A stretch of DNA of 64,000 nucleotides from an uncultured delta proteobacterium (GTDB lineage Bacteria; Myxococcota_A; Polyangia; Polyangiales; Houyiibacteriaceae). The stretch lies in the NCBI GenBank assembly GCA_963786865.1, contig CAWBAV010000011.1, positions 258,173 to 322,172 of the forward strand, given 5' to 3'. The notes beneath the pieces were generated by a model. The model had not been told where the DNA came from. It made no database searches and saw nothing but the letters and a program-made list of their open reading frames with translations. Within the stretch, counting starts at the first letter, position 1. Every line of letters starts with the position of its first letter. The position numbers were made by a program, and so were the translations under genes. Positions 18,741-30,400 of the stretch are shown here, in pieces.

Positions 18741-20036
18741 TCACCACCCGCGTCGATCGATTTCGCGCCGAATCCAATCGGCCACGATTTGATTCCCTTC
18801 CACCGAGTAGTGGAAGCTGTTCTTGAACCAGGAGCGGGGATCCGCTTCGTATGGTTGCGCGAGAAACGCGTCCTTCACGTCGATGAAATCCAGGCCCGCC
18901 TCCACACAGAACTCGCGGACCGGATCCATGATACCGCGTTCGCCTCTTCGCATGCGCTCGACCGCGAATCCGTCCGGCAGAATGAGCACGACTGGACGCA
19001 TGTCCCAGTCTGCGGCTGTCGCTGCGAAGCCCTTCAGTATCAGCGTCAAGATCGTGAACCCGGGTGAGGACTCGTTGTATACGCCGCTACCCCTCGGGCC
19101 GATCAAGGGACGTTCAGCATCGATCAGACGGCGGTTGAGCTGCGCCCATGCAGCTATCAGGAGGCGAGCTGCGTGGGAGTGCTCGAACAGCCAGCTTTCG
19201 TGCACGAGAGGCTCGTACCAATAGTCGTGCGCACCGAGCTCGCGAAACGAAGAAGGATCTTCCACATAGCGCTGAAAATCACTCAGCTGGCGCAAGTCGT
19301 TCGGTGCGAGGGACAGAGCATCGTCATCGAGGAGAAAGCGAGGCTTCTTGACGAAGTCGTAGGCAGGAGCTCCAGGTGATCGAAACACCGCTGAGATCAT
19401 CATCAATCGCTCGAGAGTCGGTGTGGCAACTCCGAAGAGGACCACCTGTGGCTCGAGATCCTTTCCTTCGGCCAGAAAGCGAAGGTAGATTTGGTCCTGT
19501 CCGTAACCGGGAACCCCATAGTTGAGCACTTCGGTATTGGGACGCGATCGCTCGAGGACGGTGGGCCACGCCTCATCGGTGAGAACCTCGGATCCGTATA
19601 CGAACGAATCTCCGAAGGCTGCGATGCGCAGGACACCTGGCAATCGGCGTTCGGGGTAGCCGTGACGGCTGCGCAGGCCTTGGCTGTTGATGATGTCGGG
19701 ACCGTTGTCCAGATTCGGCCGTGGCCGCCAACCCAAGTGGCCGTCAAACTCCGCGAGTGAGTCGGGACGTCCATCGAGCATGTCGGTGATGCTCGCGACA
19801 AGGCGCGCGTCACGGTCCTCGAGACTCGTCGCATGACCTCCGAAGATATTCGGCTGAATCATCAGAACCACGGCCGCCAAGAGCTCGATGACACCCAGCG
19901 TCATGGTCATCATGATCAGCCAGAGCAAGGTACGGCGCCTTGAATTCTTCTCGCCGCCCGACGGCTCAGGTTCCGTGGCTTGCGACATCCCAGTGACTAT
20001 ACTCAGATGGCACCCGATGAGATACTTCCCGAGCAT
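18741..20036 (-). CDS. membrane-anchored SGNH/GDSL hydrolase-family protein
   Basis: 431 aa with a TM near the N-terminus. Motifs are IAAFGDSFVYGSE, GVPGYGQDQ and a C-terminal FHYSVEGNQIVA. An alternative start is at 19988. Confidence 0.6.
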   Translation of the reverse strand: MLGKYLIGCHLSIVTGMSQATEPEPSGGEKNSRRRTLLWLIMMTMTLGVIELLAAVVLMIQPNIFGGHATSLEDRDARLVASITDMLDGRPDSLAEFDGHLGWRPRPNLDNGPDIINSQGLRSRHGYPERRLPGVLRIAAFGDSFVYGSEVLTDEAWPTVLERSRPNTEVLNYGVPGYGQDQIYLRFLAEGKDLEPQVVLFGVATPTLERLMMISAVFRSPGAPAYDFVKKPRFLLDDDALSLAPNDLRQLSDFQRYVEDPSSFRELGAHDYWYEPLVHESWLFEHSHAARLLIAAWAQLNRRLIDAERPLIGPRGSGVYNESSPGFTILTLILKGFAATAADWDMRPVVLILPDGFAVERMRRGERGIMDPVREFCVEAGLDFIDVKDAFLAQPYEADPRSWFKNSFHYSVEGNQIVADWIRREIDRRGW

Positions 20037-20186
20037 TCCGCTGGCCCGAGGCCGGTAGGATGGCCTGCTAGGGACCTTGCTTCAATGGCACGATCGCAAA
20101 CAAGAACAGGCGAAGCAGGCCAGCAGGAGGGCCTGATGCACAGCGCGTCGCTGACGCCGCGCCTGCGCGGGGTTGGTGAATAAGGC

Positions 20187-23100
20187 GTGACTTACTTCAG
20201 CAACGGCAACATCTTCAGCATTCTCGCATTCTTCATTTGGATCCCGATCGCGCTCTATGGAATGCGACGCTGGCCTCCCGCGAAGGCCATGGCCTTCCTT
20301 TTCTTCGGTGGGCTCCTCCTTCTTCCACAGGTCGTCTTCTTCAAGCCACCAGGGCTTCCCGAATTCAGGAAGCTCGACATCATCCTGGTTTGGATCTTAG
20401 TAGGGGCCCTGATCTTTCATCGCCAACGCTTGAAGTCGGCGCCCAAGAGCGGGTGGTTCAGATTCTGCCTTGGGCTCCTCATCGCCGGATCGATCTTCAC
20501 CGTTTTCTTGAACGCCGATGGATTCAGGGTCGGGTCCCGACATGTCCCCGGGCAAGTCCCTTACGACGCTGTTCACTTGGCAATCATCGCTCTGCTCAAC
20601 TCGGTCCTTCCGTTCTACCTGGGCGCCGTCATGTTCAGGAGCTCGAAGGATCTTCGAGTGCTCCTGACGACGATGGTGGTGGCGTCGCTCCTCTATTCTC
20701 CCCTTCAATTTCGTGGAGCTGATCCTCAGCCCACAGCTGCACCGTTGGGTATATGGATTCCACCAGCACGGCTTCTCACAGACAGTTCGCGACGGCGGTT
20801 ATCGCCCGATGGTGTTCATGGCGCACGGGCTCGCGGTCGCGCTCTTCACCTCGCTGACGGTCATGGCAGCAGCGGCCTTGACGAAGACCAGGGCTAAAAT
20901 ACTTCGATTCCGCCCTCTTTGGGTCATGGGGTATCTGTGGCTGGTTCTGTTCCTGTCCAAGAGTGTCGCATCTTTTCTCTACACCGTAATGGCCGTGCCA
21001 CTCGTGTTCCTCGCGTCCCCCCGAGCTCAAGCTCGCGCTGCCGCCGTCCTGGTGTTGATCCTATTCCTCTATCCCGCAGTGCGGGCGAGCGACCTGATCC
21101 CATTGGAGGCAATCAAAGAGCTCTCCGAGGAACAATTCGGGCACGAGAGGGAGGAGTCGCTGATGTTTCGTCTGGAGAACGAAGGGGTCCTGCTCGATCG
21201 AGCCTTGGAGCGCCCCTGGTTCGGGTGGGGAGGCTACTGCCGGGCTTGTTTGTTCGACCCCTGGACCGGGGACATGGCCCTGGAATCGACACGTGACGGC
21301 GACTGGATCATCCAACTCGGCGACGCAGGGATCGTTGGCTTCCTCGGCAAGTTCGGACTTCTGCTATTCCCAGTCCTCGCTCTGCGGAGGCGAATGAAGT
21401 ATTTGCCGCGTGGATCCGATCGGCGCCTCATCGCCGGGCTGGGGCTCATGATCGGCTTTGCCAGCTTCGACCTGATCCCGAATGGCGACTTCACTCGGAT
21501 CGTCTTCGTTTTGAGTGGGGCGCTCTGGGGCTGTCTGACGGGCATTTCGCAGCAAGCAGCCGTAGTGCGAAGCAGACTGAGGTCGGAACGCATCGCGGCT
21601 GCGAACGAGGAGAGAGGCGCCCCCTCGGTCCCTTTGGCGAGCATGGCCGGGCTTTGCGCTCTGCTGGTCACGGCGCCCGCCGCGGCTGCCATTCCTGATG
21701 CACTCGGTGGTGGGTTCGCCGGGCCAGGCGTCGAAGGGGCTTACTATGCGAATCCCGACCTCCAAGGCACGCCCTCCTTCACCCGCCGCGACCTTCGAAT
21801 CGACTTCGACTGGGGCGAGGTGCGACCCGTCGGCGGCTCCACGGCGGAGCCGTACCGGTCGTTTCCCCGTGATGGGTTCTCCGTCCGCTGGAGCGGCCAG
21901 GTCATTCCACGGTTCAGCGAAGCCTATACGTTTCTCGGGGAAGCCGATGATGGCGTTCGCATCCGAGCTCGCGCGTCGGGGCAGTCGAATTGGAGCACCT
22001 TGGTCGATCGCTGGAATGAGAGTGGCGCTTTCGAATCCAAGCCGTTCACGATGCGCGCGGGCGAGCTCTACGATATCGAAGTCGAATATCGCGAGCTCGA
22101 CCAGACCGCGCAGTGCCGTCTCATGTGGAAAAGCGCCAGCACGCCGAGCGAAGTCATTGATCCCGTTCGCCAGCAGGGGATCAACCTCGGCCGCTATGTT
22201 TGGGCGGGTTATCTCTGGGCCGACTTGATGAAGAGTGCGCGATACGGTCAGCGAGCCGAAGAGACGGGTCCGCAGGGATGGCCGAAGGCATCAGGGGTCG
22301 AGCTCGTCGTCAGTGAGCGAGAGTACGCCAGTGATCCTGAGATGTCGGGCACCTATCTCCTGCGCTTCGAGGGTCAGGCAGAGGTTCGCCAGGAGTGTTG
22401 CGACCAGCCCGTCTTCCAAGCAGGCGGGGGAACGTTCGAACGGAACCTACCGAGAGGAGCCGGATACGACGCCTCCACCAACACCACCACGTCGTTGATG
22501 ACGCTTTCCGGCTCGAGGACGTTGGTCACATTCGAGGATACACGACGAGGCCCAGATCACAGCGGTGACGGAGTCGGCCGTATCCAGCTCATGCGGCCTA
22601 TCGCACAAGGCAGCGCGGAACATCATCGGATCGATGAGATCGGCTATCGTCCATTCAAGCAAGCCATCGAAGACAATTTCACCTTGCTACGCTTCGTCGC
22701 ATCTGCCGACAATCGCGGTGAGGATTGGTCCGAGCGAACGCTTCCTGATTATGCATTCTTCGTAGGTCCGACGGGGCAGCTGAACTGGGAGTACATGGTC
22801 ATGCTCGCCAACGAGACGGGCAGGGACCTGTACATCACGATCCCGATCGGGGCGAACGATTCGTATTTCGAGAAGCTCGCCATGCTGATGCGCTATGGAT
22901 CCGACGGGCGCGAGCCGTATCGGGGTCCAACCGCAGATCCGATCTACCCCCCTCTCAATCCCAACGTGCGCGTCTACGTCGAGGTGGACAACGAGATTTG
23001 GAATTGGGCCTTCGAAACGACGGATGCGGCTCAACGCTTGACCGAGGCCGAACACGACGCAGATTCGGCCATCTGGAAAGCGATCGACTACGACGCTCAG

Positions 23101-24670
23101 GCCGGTGATCCCACGGGCATCAAGGCGATTCGGCGCTGGCATGCGCTTCAAACGGTGCAAGCCAGCAATGCGTTCCGGCGCGTTTGGGGGGACGAGTCCA
23201 TCGGTCCGAGGGTCAGACCGCTCGTCGAGTACCAGTACGACAACTATCAAGACACCGCGCTCTCGTCTCTCGACTTCATCGACGGCTACTACAACAACCG
23301 ATCGAGCGTGAACGTCAGCGATCCGCACCCCGTCAGCTACTTTCTCTGGGGCGCCGGGGGAGCGGCGTACTACGGCCTCGACAACCGTACCGGACAGCAG
23401 GATCACACGCTCTTCCGAGACGCCGGCTTCGAGGACAGGTCGGTCGAGCCAAAGACCTTGCGATTCAGGCCATCAGGCACGGCTTGGACCTTCGAGGGCA
23501 AGGCTGGGCTGATTCGCCCTGACGGTGAGGATGAAATCGAGGGGCTCAGCAACCTACCGACGCCGACTTCCGGCAAGCAGGCCGCCATCCTGCTCCAAGA
23601 TGGGTCGATTAGCCAAGATGTACGATTCGCAATACCGGGGACCTATGCCATCGGCTTCAACGCTGCCGGCTCCGGACAAGACTGGCCCGGCTACCAGCGT
23701 TTCGACATTCTGTTGGATGGCCGCAGAGATCAGTCCGCGGGACCAGGTCGACTATCGTGTGAGCCCTCGCACGGCATCCATCGGAGGTTGGTCGCGAAGT
23801 CTCAATAGCCTCGACGAGGAGTGGGGCAGTGCGGTGTTCCAGATCGACGAGCCGGGCTTGCATACGGTGAGCTTCGTAGCTCGTGGAGAATCGGTCGACT
23901 ACTTGTTGGTCGACAACGTCCGGATTGCGAGCGCCGACGCGATCATGACCAGCGGGTTCCACAAAGGGGAGGCACTCGGTCAAGAGGCCGCGTCCGACTT
24001 TGCCTATCAGCTCAGGACCCAAGCGAAGTACGCACGGGCATTCGGACTTCAGGTTGTTGCCTATGAGTCCGGCTGGTCGCTCGGCGGCGACTTCAACCAG
24101 TTGCCAATTCAGAATTGGTGCAAGCTACGCGACCCCAGGGCCACGGCAATCAATGATCAGGCGATCAACTGGTGGGACCAGTCGGGGAGCTCCTTGACCG
24201 TCTGGGGTGTCTACGAGTACTGGCCCACGCATGATTTCGCCGGCGCGGGAAGCTATGCGATCATGCGGAGTATCCACGGAGCGGGGCAACGGCTCCGGGC
24301 CGAGCCGACGTATGGACGATCCCTCCCTACGACTCTGCGACTCGACGAGGCCGATTGGTCGCACCGCCACGAGACGAACGGGCCTTGGTGGCGTCAGTAC
24401 ATTCCTTGGCTGAACGATCCAGCGGACCAATGGCACGCCTGGATGCTGATCGCCCCAACGACGCGGAGCTACTCGTTCGGCCTGCAAGGTCGAGGAAGCG
24501 GTCGCGTCGTCGTCGAAGTCGACGGCGAGCCGATCGGCGAGCTGAGCTCTCTGGAGCAGACGGCGAATGCGCCGCTGACCGTGAAGCTCACGCAAGGGGC
24601 ACACGCATTGCGCATCGTCATGGTAGGCACTCGGCTCGAGCTCGATCGGATCGAAGTCAGAGCGGACTAG
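20187..24670 (+). pseudogene. O-antigen-ligase/Wzy-like polytopic membrane domain fused to PA14, clan GH-A-like and CBM-like domains; two frameshifts (20709-20712, 23721-23722)
   Basis: Three ORFs join as ...LLYSPLQF|VELILSPQ... and ...FDILLDG|AEISPRDQVDY... The Wzy_C-like block is RLENEGVLLDRALERPWFGWGG. The PA14 domain lies at about 21724-22146 (GAYYANPDLQG...FSVRWSGQ...GDDGVRI...YDIEVEY). YVEVDNEIWNW (the NE lies at 22990-22995) is a clan GH-A-like acid/base motif. The C-terminal beta-sandwich-like region reads LTVKLTQGAHALRIV...LDRIEV. Confidence 0.6.
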
Positions 24671-24773
24671 GGTGCTCCATTGATCGGGTCATCTTTCCAA
24701 GCACCTCGTTTGTGCTAATCCAAGCTCGCGCGTTCGACCCTGGAGCGATTGCACCTCCCGGAAGGGGCCTAGG

Positions 24774-26021
24774 TTGGAGTCCGAGCTCATGGCTGCCCCC
24801 GATTTCCTTTACAGGTCCCTAGATGCTTCCGACGACGAGGCTTCCGGAGCCAACTCGGAGGACCGGGTCTACCTGCAGCGCATCAGCGTTCCCTTCGAGT
24901 ATCCGGTGCGGTTCACTCGCGGGGTGTTCAAGACCGGCAACCCGGCGCTGCACGAGGTCATCAGCCGCCTCGAGCCGGACCGCCGACACCGGGTGTTCCT
25001 CGCGATGGACAGTGGGGTGGCCGACGCCTGGCCCGATCTCGGCCAACAGATCGAGGACTATTTTCGTTGCCATTCAGACAAGCTCGAGCTGCTCGCACCG
25101 CCAGAGATCCTACCGGGCGGGGAGCGCGCCAAGCAGATGCCCGAGCTCGTCGACCGCCTGTATAAGCGAATCCACGACCTCCGCCTCGATCGGCACTCTT
25201 TCTTTGTAATCGTCGGTGGCGGCGCGGTACTCGACCTGGCCGGTTACGTGGCTGCCACCACGCACCGCGGTGTTCGCACCGTTCGCATCCCGAGCACGGT
25301 GCTCGGGCAAAACGACACTGGAATTGGCGTCAAGAACGGCGTCAATGCGTTCGGCAACAAGAACTACATCGGGACCTTCGCTCCGCCCTTTGCCGTCATC
25401 AACGACGGTGATTTCATTTCCACCCTGTCCGATCGGGATGCGGCTGCCGGAATCGCAGAATCGATCAAAGTCGCGCTGGTCCGCGATTCGGAATTCTTTG
25501 TCTGGCTCGAAGCCCATGGGCGGGACCTGGCCCAACGGAGACCCGACGCGATGAACTACATGATCCGTCGGGGGGCCGAGCTCCACATGACGCACATCGC
25601 AGAGTCCGGCGATCCCTTCGAGCGCGGGAGCGCGCGACCTCTGGATTTCGGCCATTGGGTGGCGCACAAGCTCGAGACGATGAGCGGCCATCGCTTGCGG
25701 CACGGTGAGGCGGTCGCCATCGGAATGGCTGTGGATAGTCGCTACAGCGTCGAGGCCGGTCTGCTCGAGGAAGCCGCGCTCGACCGCATTTGTAATGTGA
25801 TCGATCGCATTGGTCTTCCACTATGGGACGAAGCACTGATGTCCACGAAGGATACCGATCAGCGAGTGATTCTCGACGGCCTCGAAGAGTTTCGTGAGCA
25901 TCTGGGAGGACGCTTGACGGTCACGCTGCTGAGAGACATCGGCAAAGGCATCGAGGTGCACGAAATGGATCGGGATCGAATCCTGAGCGCTCTGCGTTGG
26001 TTGGAAGACAAATGGAGCTAG
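24774..26021 (+). CDS. eboD: 3-dehydroquinate-synthase-family sugar-phosphate cyclase (EboD)
   Basis: 415 aa with DHQS-like motifs (GGGAVLDLAGYVAAT, RIPSTVLGQNDTGIGVKNG, HG.AVAIGM). It is adjacent to the other five ebo families. The start is uncertain (TTG 24774 or ATG 24789). Confidence 0.7.
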   Translation: MESELMAAPDFLYRSLDASDDEASGANSEDRVYLQRISVPFEYPVRFTRGVFKTGNPALHEVISRLEPDRRHRVFLAMDSGVADAWPDLGQQIEDYFRCHSDKLELLAPPEILPGGERAKQMPELVDRLYKRIHDLRLDRHSFFVIVGGGAVLDLAGYVAATTHRGVRTVRIPSTVLGQNDTGIGVKNGVNAFGNKNYIGTFAPPFAVINDGDFISTLSDRDAAAGIAESIKVALVRDSEFFVWLEAHGRDLAQRRPDAMNYMIRRGAELHMTHIAESGDPFERGSARPLDFGHWVAHKLETMSGHRLRHGEAVAIGMAVDSRYSVEAGLLEEAALDRICNVIDRIGLPLWDEALMSTKDTDQRVILDGLEEFREHLGGRLTVTLLRDIGKGIEVHEMDRDRILSALRWLEDKWS

Positions 26022-27220
26022 CGTCCTCGGACGCTCATTTGACTTATTGCACGAACATTCATCCGGGCGAGCGCTGGGATGAAGTGTTTGCCAATCTGCA
26101 GCGACACGTTCTGAGGGTGAAGCAGGCGTGCGCCCCCAATGCAGACTTCGGCGTTGGCTTGCGGCTGTCCGCGCAAGCAGCGCAGAGCCTTCGCGAACCC
26201 GAGGCATGCGAGGAGCTCGCAGTGTTCTTGCAGGCCAACGACCTCTACGTCTTCACGATCAATGGCTTTCCGTACGGTGAATTCCATCAGACCCGGGTCA
26301 AGGAGCAAGTGTACCGTCCGGACTGGCGCGATCCCCGAAGGCTCGCCTACAGCAATTGCTTGGCCGAAATTCTGGCGAAGCTTCTCCCCAACGGTGAGCT
26401 ACAGGGCAGTGTCAGCACCGTGCCCGGTGGGTTTAGGCCGGAGATACAGAGCGAGTACGACGTCAACGCGATCGTCGGGCACCTGCTAGATCATGCCGCA
26501 CACCTTCACCGCATCCACGAATCGACGGGCCGGATCATTTCCCTGGCTTTGGAACCCGAACCGTATTGCTTCATCGAGACGATCGAGGAGACCTGTCGCT
26601 TCTTCGATCGTCAGCTGTTCTCGGACACCGCGGTCAAGCGGTTTGGGAACATCGCGGGGTTGAGCGTTGCGGAAGCTGCTCTAGCGTTGCGCCGTCATCT
26701 GGGCGTTTGTTTGGACGCATGTCATGCGGCGGTGGAATTCGAGGACGCCAACGGATGCATCGAGTCACTACGCCGGCATGAGATCGACATCAAGAAGCTT
26801 CAGCTGAGCGCTGGCCTTCGGATTCCCAACCCCGAGAGGATCCCGATCGCGGTCCTCGAGCGTCTCGTCGACGATGTCTATTTGCACCAAGTCGTCGAGC
26901 GCACAGACGAGGGAACCCTGCGACGATTCGTAGACCTGCCGGGGGCCTTGGAATCATTGCGTGCCGGTCGTTCCACCGGCGGCGAGTGGCGCATTCATTT
27001 TCATGTTCCCATCTTCCTCGACGAGCTGGAACCTTTCGAAAGCACGCAAGACTTCTTGCGTGAGCTTCTTGTTCTTCAGGCATCGGTAGGCATATCGCGA
27101 CATCTCGAGGTGGAAACCTATACTTGGGAAGTGCTGCCGGCGGCTTGGCGTCAGACGGACTTGGTTGGTGCAATTGCCCGAGAGCTCTCCTGGGCCAAGA
27201 GCTGTCTCGACGCTCCGTAG
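26012..27220 (+). CDS. eboE: xylose-isomerase-like TIM-barrel protein (EboE)
   Basis: The ORF begins at 25997, but the likely start is ATG 26012 (MELASSDAHLTYCTNIHPGE), which overlaps the eboD end. Size and context fit EboE. Confidence 0.65.
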   Translation: MELASSDAHLTYCTNIHPGERWDEVFANLQRHVLRVKQACAPNADFGVGLRLSAQAAQSLREPEACEELAVFLQANDLYVFTINGFPYGEFHQTRVKEQVYRPDWRDPRRLAYSNCLAEILAKLLPNGELQGSVSTVPGGFRPEIQSEYDVNAIVGHLLDHAAHLHRIHESTGRIISLALEPEPYCFIETIEETCRFFDRQLFSDTAVKRFGNIAGLSVAEAALALRRHLGVCLDACHAAVEFEDANGCIESLRRHEIDIKKLQLSAGLRIPNPERIPIAVLERLVDDVYLHQVVERTDEGTLRRFVDLPGALESLRAGRSTGGEWRIHFHVPIFLDELEPFESTQDFLRELLVLQASVGISRHLEVETYTWEVLPAAWRQTDLVGAIARELSWAKSCLDAP

Positions 27221-27231
27221 TCGTTCAGGCT

Positions 27232-28101
27232 TCACGTTCCGGGAACATAGCGATGAAGAAGCAGCGTTGTGCCGAAGCCGCCGAAGGCCAGGAGCATAGG
27301 CACGCCTCCTCCGTGCATTCCGATCAGGAGCGCATCGACCAGGGAGATGCCTGCGATTAGCCCCCCCACCGCCCGCGGGATCTGCACGCGCGATGTCACG
27401 AACAGGTACGAAAGGGCGTAGCCGCTCCACGCGGCCAGTGCGATCAGTCCCAGAAGCACGGGCGTCTGGGTCGATTCGGTCAAGCCATAAAAGAGCGGTG
27501 CAGCCAGGAATGCCAGCGGCCAAGCATCCTTCACGCGTCCCCGGTTCTCGTGTTTGGCCACTTGGGTAAGCCCCATCAGGTAGCTCAGAAGCACGGCACA
27601 CCCCAATGCCAAGTCCAGAGTGAATGCGGGTCGAAGCGCCCACGCGGCCATGACGTAGAGCAAGATCCGGCACATGCCCATCAGCAATGGACTCAAGGGA
27701 TTGGTCTTGTGGTACGCGTCATAGATCAGCACCAACAAAGCCAGGACCAATCCCGTGCCGACGGTCGGCCAACTTGCTCCATCTCGCGGCAATGCTGCAA
27801 GCACCGTGAGCAGGCCGATCCCAGCAAGCAGCATGGCAAATCCGAGAGCGAATACGGCGCGCTCGGTCACTTCGCCCGAGGGAATGGGGCGCTCCGGGCG
27901 CTCGTGCTGATCGAGCTCAGCGTCGAACGCGTCGTTCAGGTACATCCCGCCTACGTAGAACAAAGACCCTGCGAGCATGAGAATCGACAAGTCGAGGACG
28001 CGGTAATTCACGCCGGCAAGCACGACCCCGGTCAGGACGTTGGTCCAGACGGTCGGCAGGTTCGATACCCGCCCGAGCCTCAGGGCGACGCGCAGGTTCA
28101 T
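27232..28101 (-). CDS. eboC: UbiA-family prenyltransferase (EboC)
   Basis: 289 aa and polytopic, with LRLGRVSNLPTVWTNVLTG and the Asp-rich NDAFDAELD motif. Confidence 0.8.
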   Translation of the reverse strand: MNLRVALRLGRVSNLPTVWTNVLTGVVLAGVNYRVLDLSILMLAGSLFYVGGMYLNDAFDAELDQHERPERPIPSGEVTERAVFALGFAMLLAGIGLLTVLAALPRDGASWPTVGTGLVLALLVLIYDAYHKTNPLSPLLMGMCRILLYVMAAWALRPAFTLDLALGCAVLLSYLMGLTQVAKHENRGRVKDAWPLAFLAAPLFYGLTESTQTPVLLGLIALAAWSGYALSYLFVTSRVQIPRAVGGLIAGISLVDALLIGMHGGGVPMLLAFGGFGTTLLLHRYVPGT

Positions 28102-28120
28102 GACGCCTTGCCCGCAGATC

Positions 28121-29503
28121 TCATGGACGGCCGAATACGTGATCCAAAATCAACCCCTTGATGTCGGTTGCCGCGACGGGACCGGCGGGAAGCATCTCGG
28201 GATCTGATGTGATGATGAGCGGCCCCGCGTCTGGATCGTCGGTCACGCGGCCATGGCTGCCTTGGACCATCGAGGCATCGAGCGGAATGACGTCCATCAG
28301 CATGCGAAACCCCAGGCGCTTCTTCAGTAGGCGCCAGCCGATTCCAAGCCTCGGAAATCGCAACCCCGGATCGACGAACATTTCGACCGGGTCGTACCCG
28401 GGCTTGCGGTGGATGTCTACGCATCGGGCGAAATCCGGCGCTCGGTCGTCGTCGAGCCAGTAGTAGTACGAAAACCACCGATCGGCCTTGGCGATGGCCA
28501 CCAGCTCTCCCGAACGCGGATGATCCAGCCCGTACGCCGCCTTGCCAGCGTCGTTCAAGACCGCCTCGACACCATCGAGCGCCAGCAGCAAGTCCCTCAC
28601 CTCCGTCACACGTGCCGGGTCGCGTACGTAGACGTGCGCGATCTGATGATCGGCGACGGCAAATGCGTCGCAGGCCCCAGCGTCCAGCAACTCGCGCCTC
28701 CGTTCCTCGCGGACTGCGATGAGACCCGCTTCGCGCAGCGCTCGGTTGATGTGAATCGCGCCGGTCACCCGGGTAATCCCGTACTCCGAGAGCACGATCA
28801 CTTTCGTCCCATCGCGTTGCACGTGGGCGATGAGCTCACCTGCAACTTCGTCCATTTGGCGGAGCTCTGCGGCGATTTCGGGTGCGTCGGGTCCGAGCTT
28901 CTGCAGGCAGTAGTCGAGATGCGGCAAGTACACCAGGCTGAGGCTGGGACGATGCTTGTCGTGCACGTATCGGGCGCAGTCGGCTATCCAGCGGCTCGAG
29001 GCGATGTCGGCATTGGGACCCCAGAAATTGAAAAGCGGGAACTGACCGAGGTGTTCCTGCAACTCGTCCCGCAGCCCCGACGGGTGACTGTGGATGTCGG
29101 GAAGCTTGCGTCCGTCGGCGAGATACATCGGTCGCGGGGTGACGGCGAAGTCGACTGACGCGTACATGTTGTACCACCAGAAGAGCTTGGCGCAGCTGAA
29201 GCTCGGGTCGCGTCGCTTGGCGGCCTCCCAGACCTTCTCTCCTCCGACCAGGTGATTCGACTGCCTCCACAACCAGACTTCCGCCAAGTCGCGGAAATAC
29301 CATCCATTGGCCACGATGCCGTGATCGCGTGGCAGCGCGCCGGTGATGAAGGTCGACTGGGCCGCGCAGGTGACGGCGGGTGTGACGGTTTGCAGCTGGC
29401 GCAAACCTCCTCGATTCGCCAGAGCCCGCAGATGTGGCGTGTTCGGCCCCAGGAGCTTGGGCGTCAATCCGACCACGTTGAGGACCAAGGTGCGATGCAT
29501 CAA
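28121..29503 (-). CDS. eboF: nucleotide pyrophosphatase/phosphodiesterase, alkaline-phosphatase superfamily (EboF)
   Basis: 460 aa. LVLNVVGLT...TPAVTCAAQSTFITG (nucleophile Thr context), PHLDY and SEYG are typical of the AP/NPP family. Confidence 0.75.
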   Translation of the reverse strand: MMHRTLVLNVVGLTPKLLGPNTPHLRALANRGGLRQLQTVTPAVTCAAQSTFITGALPRDHGIVANGWYFRDLAEVWLWRQSNHLVGGEKVWEAAKRRDPSFSCAKLFWWYNMYASVDFAVTPRPMYLADGRKLPDIHSHPSGLRDELQEHLGQFPLFNFWGPNADIASSRWIADCARYVHDKHRPSLSLVYLPHLDYCLQKLGPDAPEIAAELRQMDEVAGELIAHVQRDGTKVIVLSEYGITRVTGAIHINRALREAGLIAVREERRRELLDAGACDAFAVADHQIAHVYVRDPARVTEVRDLLLALDGVEAVLNDAGKAAYGLDHPRSGELVAIAKADRWFSYYYWLDDDRAPDFARCVDIHRKPGYDPVEMFVDPGLRFPRLGIGWRLLKKRLGFRMLMDVIPLDASMVQGSHGRVTDDPDAGPLIITSDPEMLPAGPVAATDIKGLILDHVFGRP

Positions 29504-29515
29504 CCCGCCTGCGAT

Positions 29516-30400
29516 TCAACCTTCCACCCGTGGAGACTGCCCGCGTAACACCGAATTTTCCTCGAAAAGCTCGCGCTGATCCACCTTTGGCCGCCCGCTA
29601 TCGGCACCCAGATCGAGACGACCGCTCTTGCCAAACAGCTCGATCGGATTGTGCCATACGATCTTCTCGATTTGAGCTTCATCGATACCCGCTAGCCGCA
29701 TCGCTTTCACGGTCTTGGGAACCTTGATCGGGTCGGAAACACCCCAATCGGCAGCGCTGTTGACGATGATTCTCTCCGACCCGTACTCTAGGACCAGCTG
29801 CGCCATGCGGTTCTCGTCCATCTTGGTGGATGGATAGATCGAATGGCCCGCCCAACATCCGGTGCGGAGCACCAAGGGAAGTGTCTCCTCGTTGTTGTGA
29901 TCAATCAGCACCATGTCCTCCGCGATACCGACATCGCGCACCAATGCCAGCGAACGCTCGGTGCCCTTCTTCTTGTCTCTGTGCGGAGTGTGAATCAAAG
30001 CCGGCATGTCGAACGACATGGCAAGCTCCAACTGAGCCGCAAAGTACTTCTCTTCGGCGCTGGTCATGTCGTCGTAGCCGATCTCCCCGACAGCCACGAC
30101 GCCGTCCTTCTCCAAATAGCGAGGCAACAAGTCCATGACCCCGTCGGCCAGGTCTGCGTCGTTGGCTTCCTTCGGGTTCAAGCCGATCGTGCAGAAGTGG
30201 CGAATGCCAAACTGACTCGCACGGAAACGCTCCCAGCCGCATAGTGAAAGGAAGTAATCTTCGAACGTGCCGACGTGCGTGCGCGGCTGACCGAGCCAGA
30301 AGGCTGGCTCGACGATCGCCACGATGCCCGCGTCCGCCATCGCCTCGTAGTCGTCGGTGGTCCGGGAGGTCATGTGGACGTGGGGGTCGAACATCTTCAT
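29516..30400 (-). CDS. eboB: TatD-family metal-dependent hydrolase (EboB)
   Basis: 294 aa with MFDPHVHM (HxH), EIGYD and IHTPH. Its start overlaps the eboA stop by 4 nt. Confidence 0.8.
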   Translation of the reverse strand: MKMFDPHVHMTSRTTDDYEAMADAGIVAIVEPAFWLGQPRTHVGTFEDYFLSLCGWERFRASQFGIRHFCTIGLNPKEANDADLADGVMDLLPRYLEKDGVVAVGEIGYDDMTSAEEKYFAAQLELAMSFDMPALIHTPHRDKKKGTERSLALVRDVGIAEDMVLIDHNNEETLPLVLRTGCWAGHSIYPSTKMDENRMAQLVLEYGSERIIVNSAADWGVSDPIKVPKTVKAMRLAGIDEAQIEKIVWHNPIELFGKSGRLDLGADSGRPKVDQRELFEENSVLRGQSPRVEG

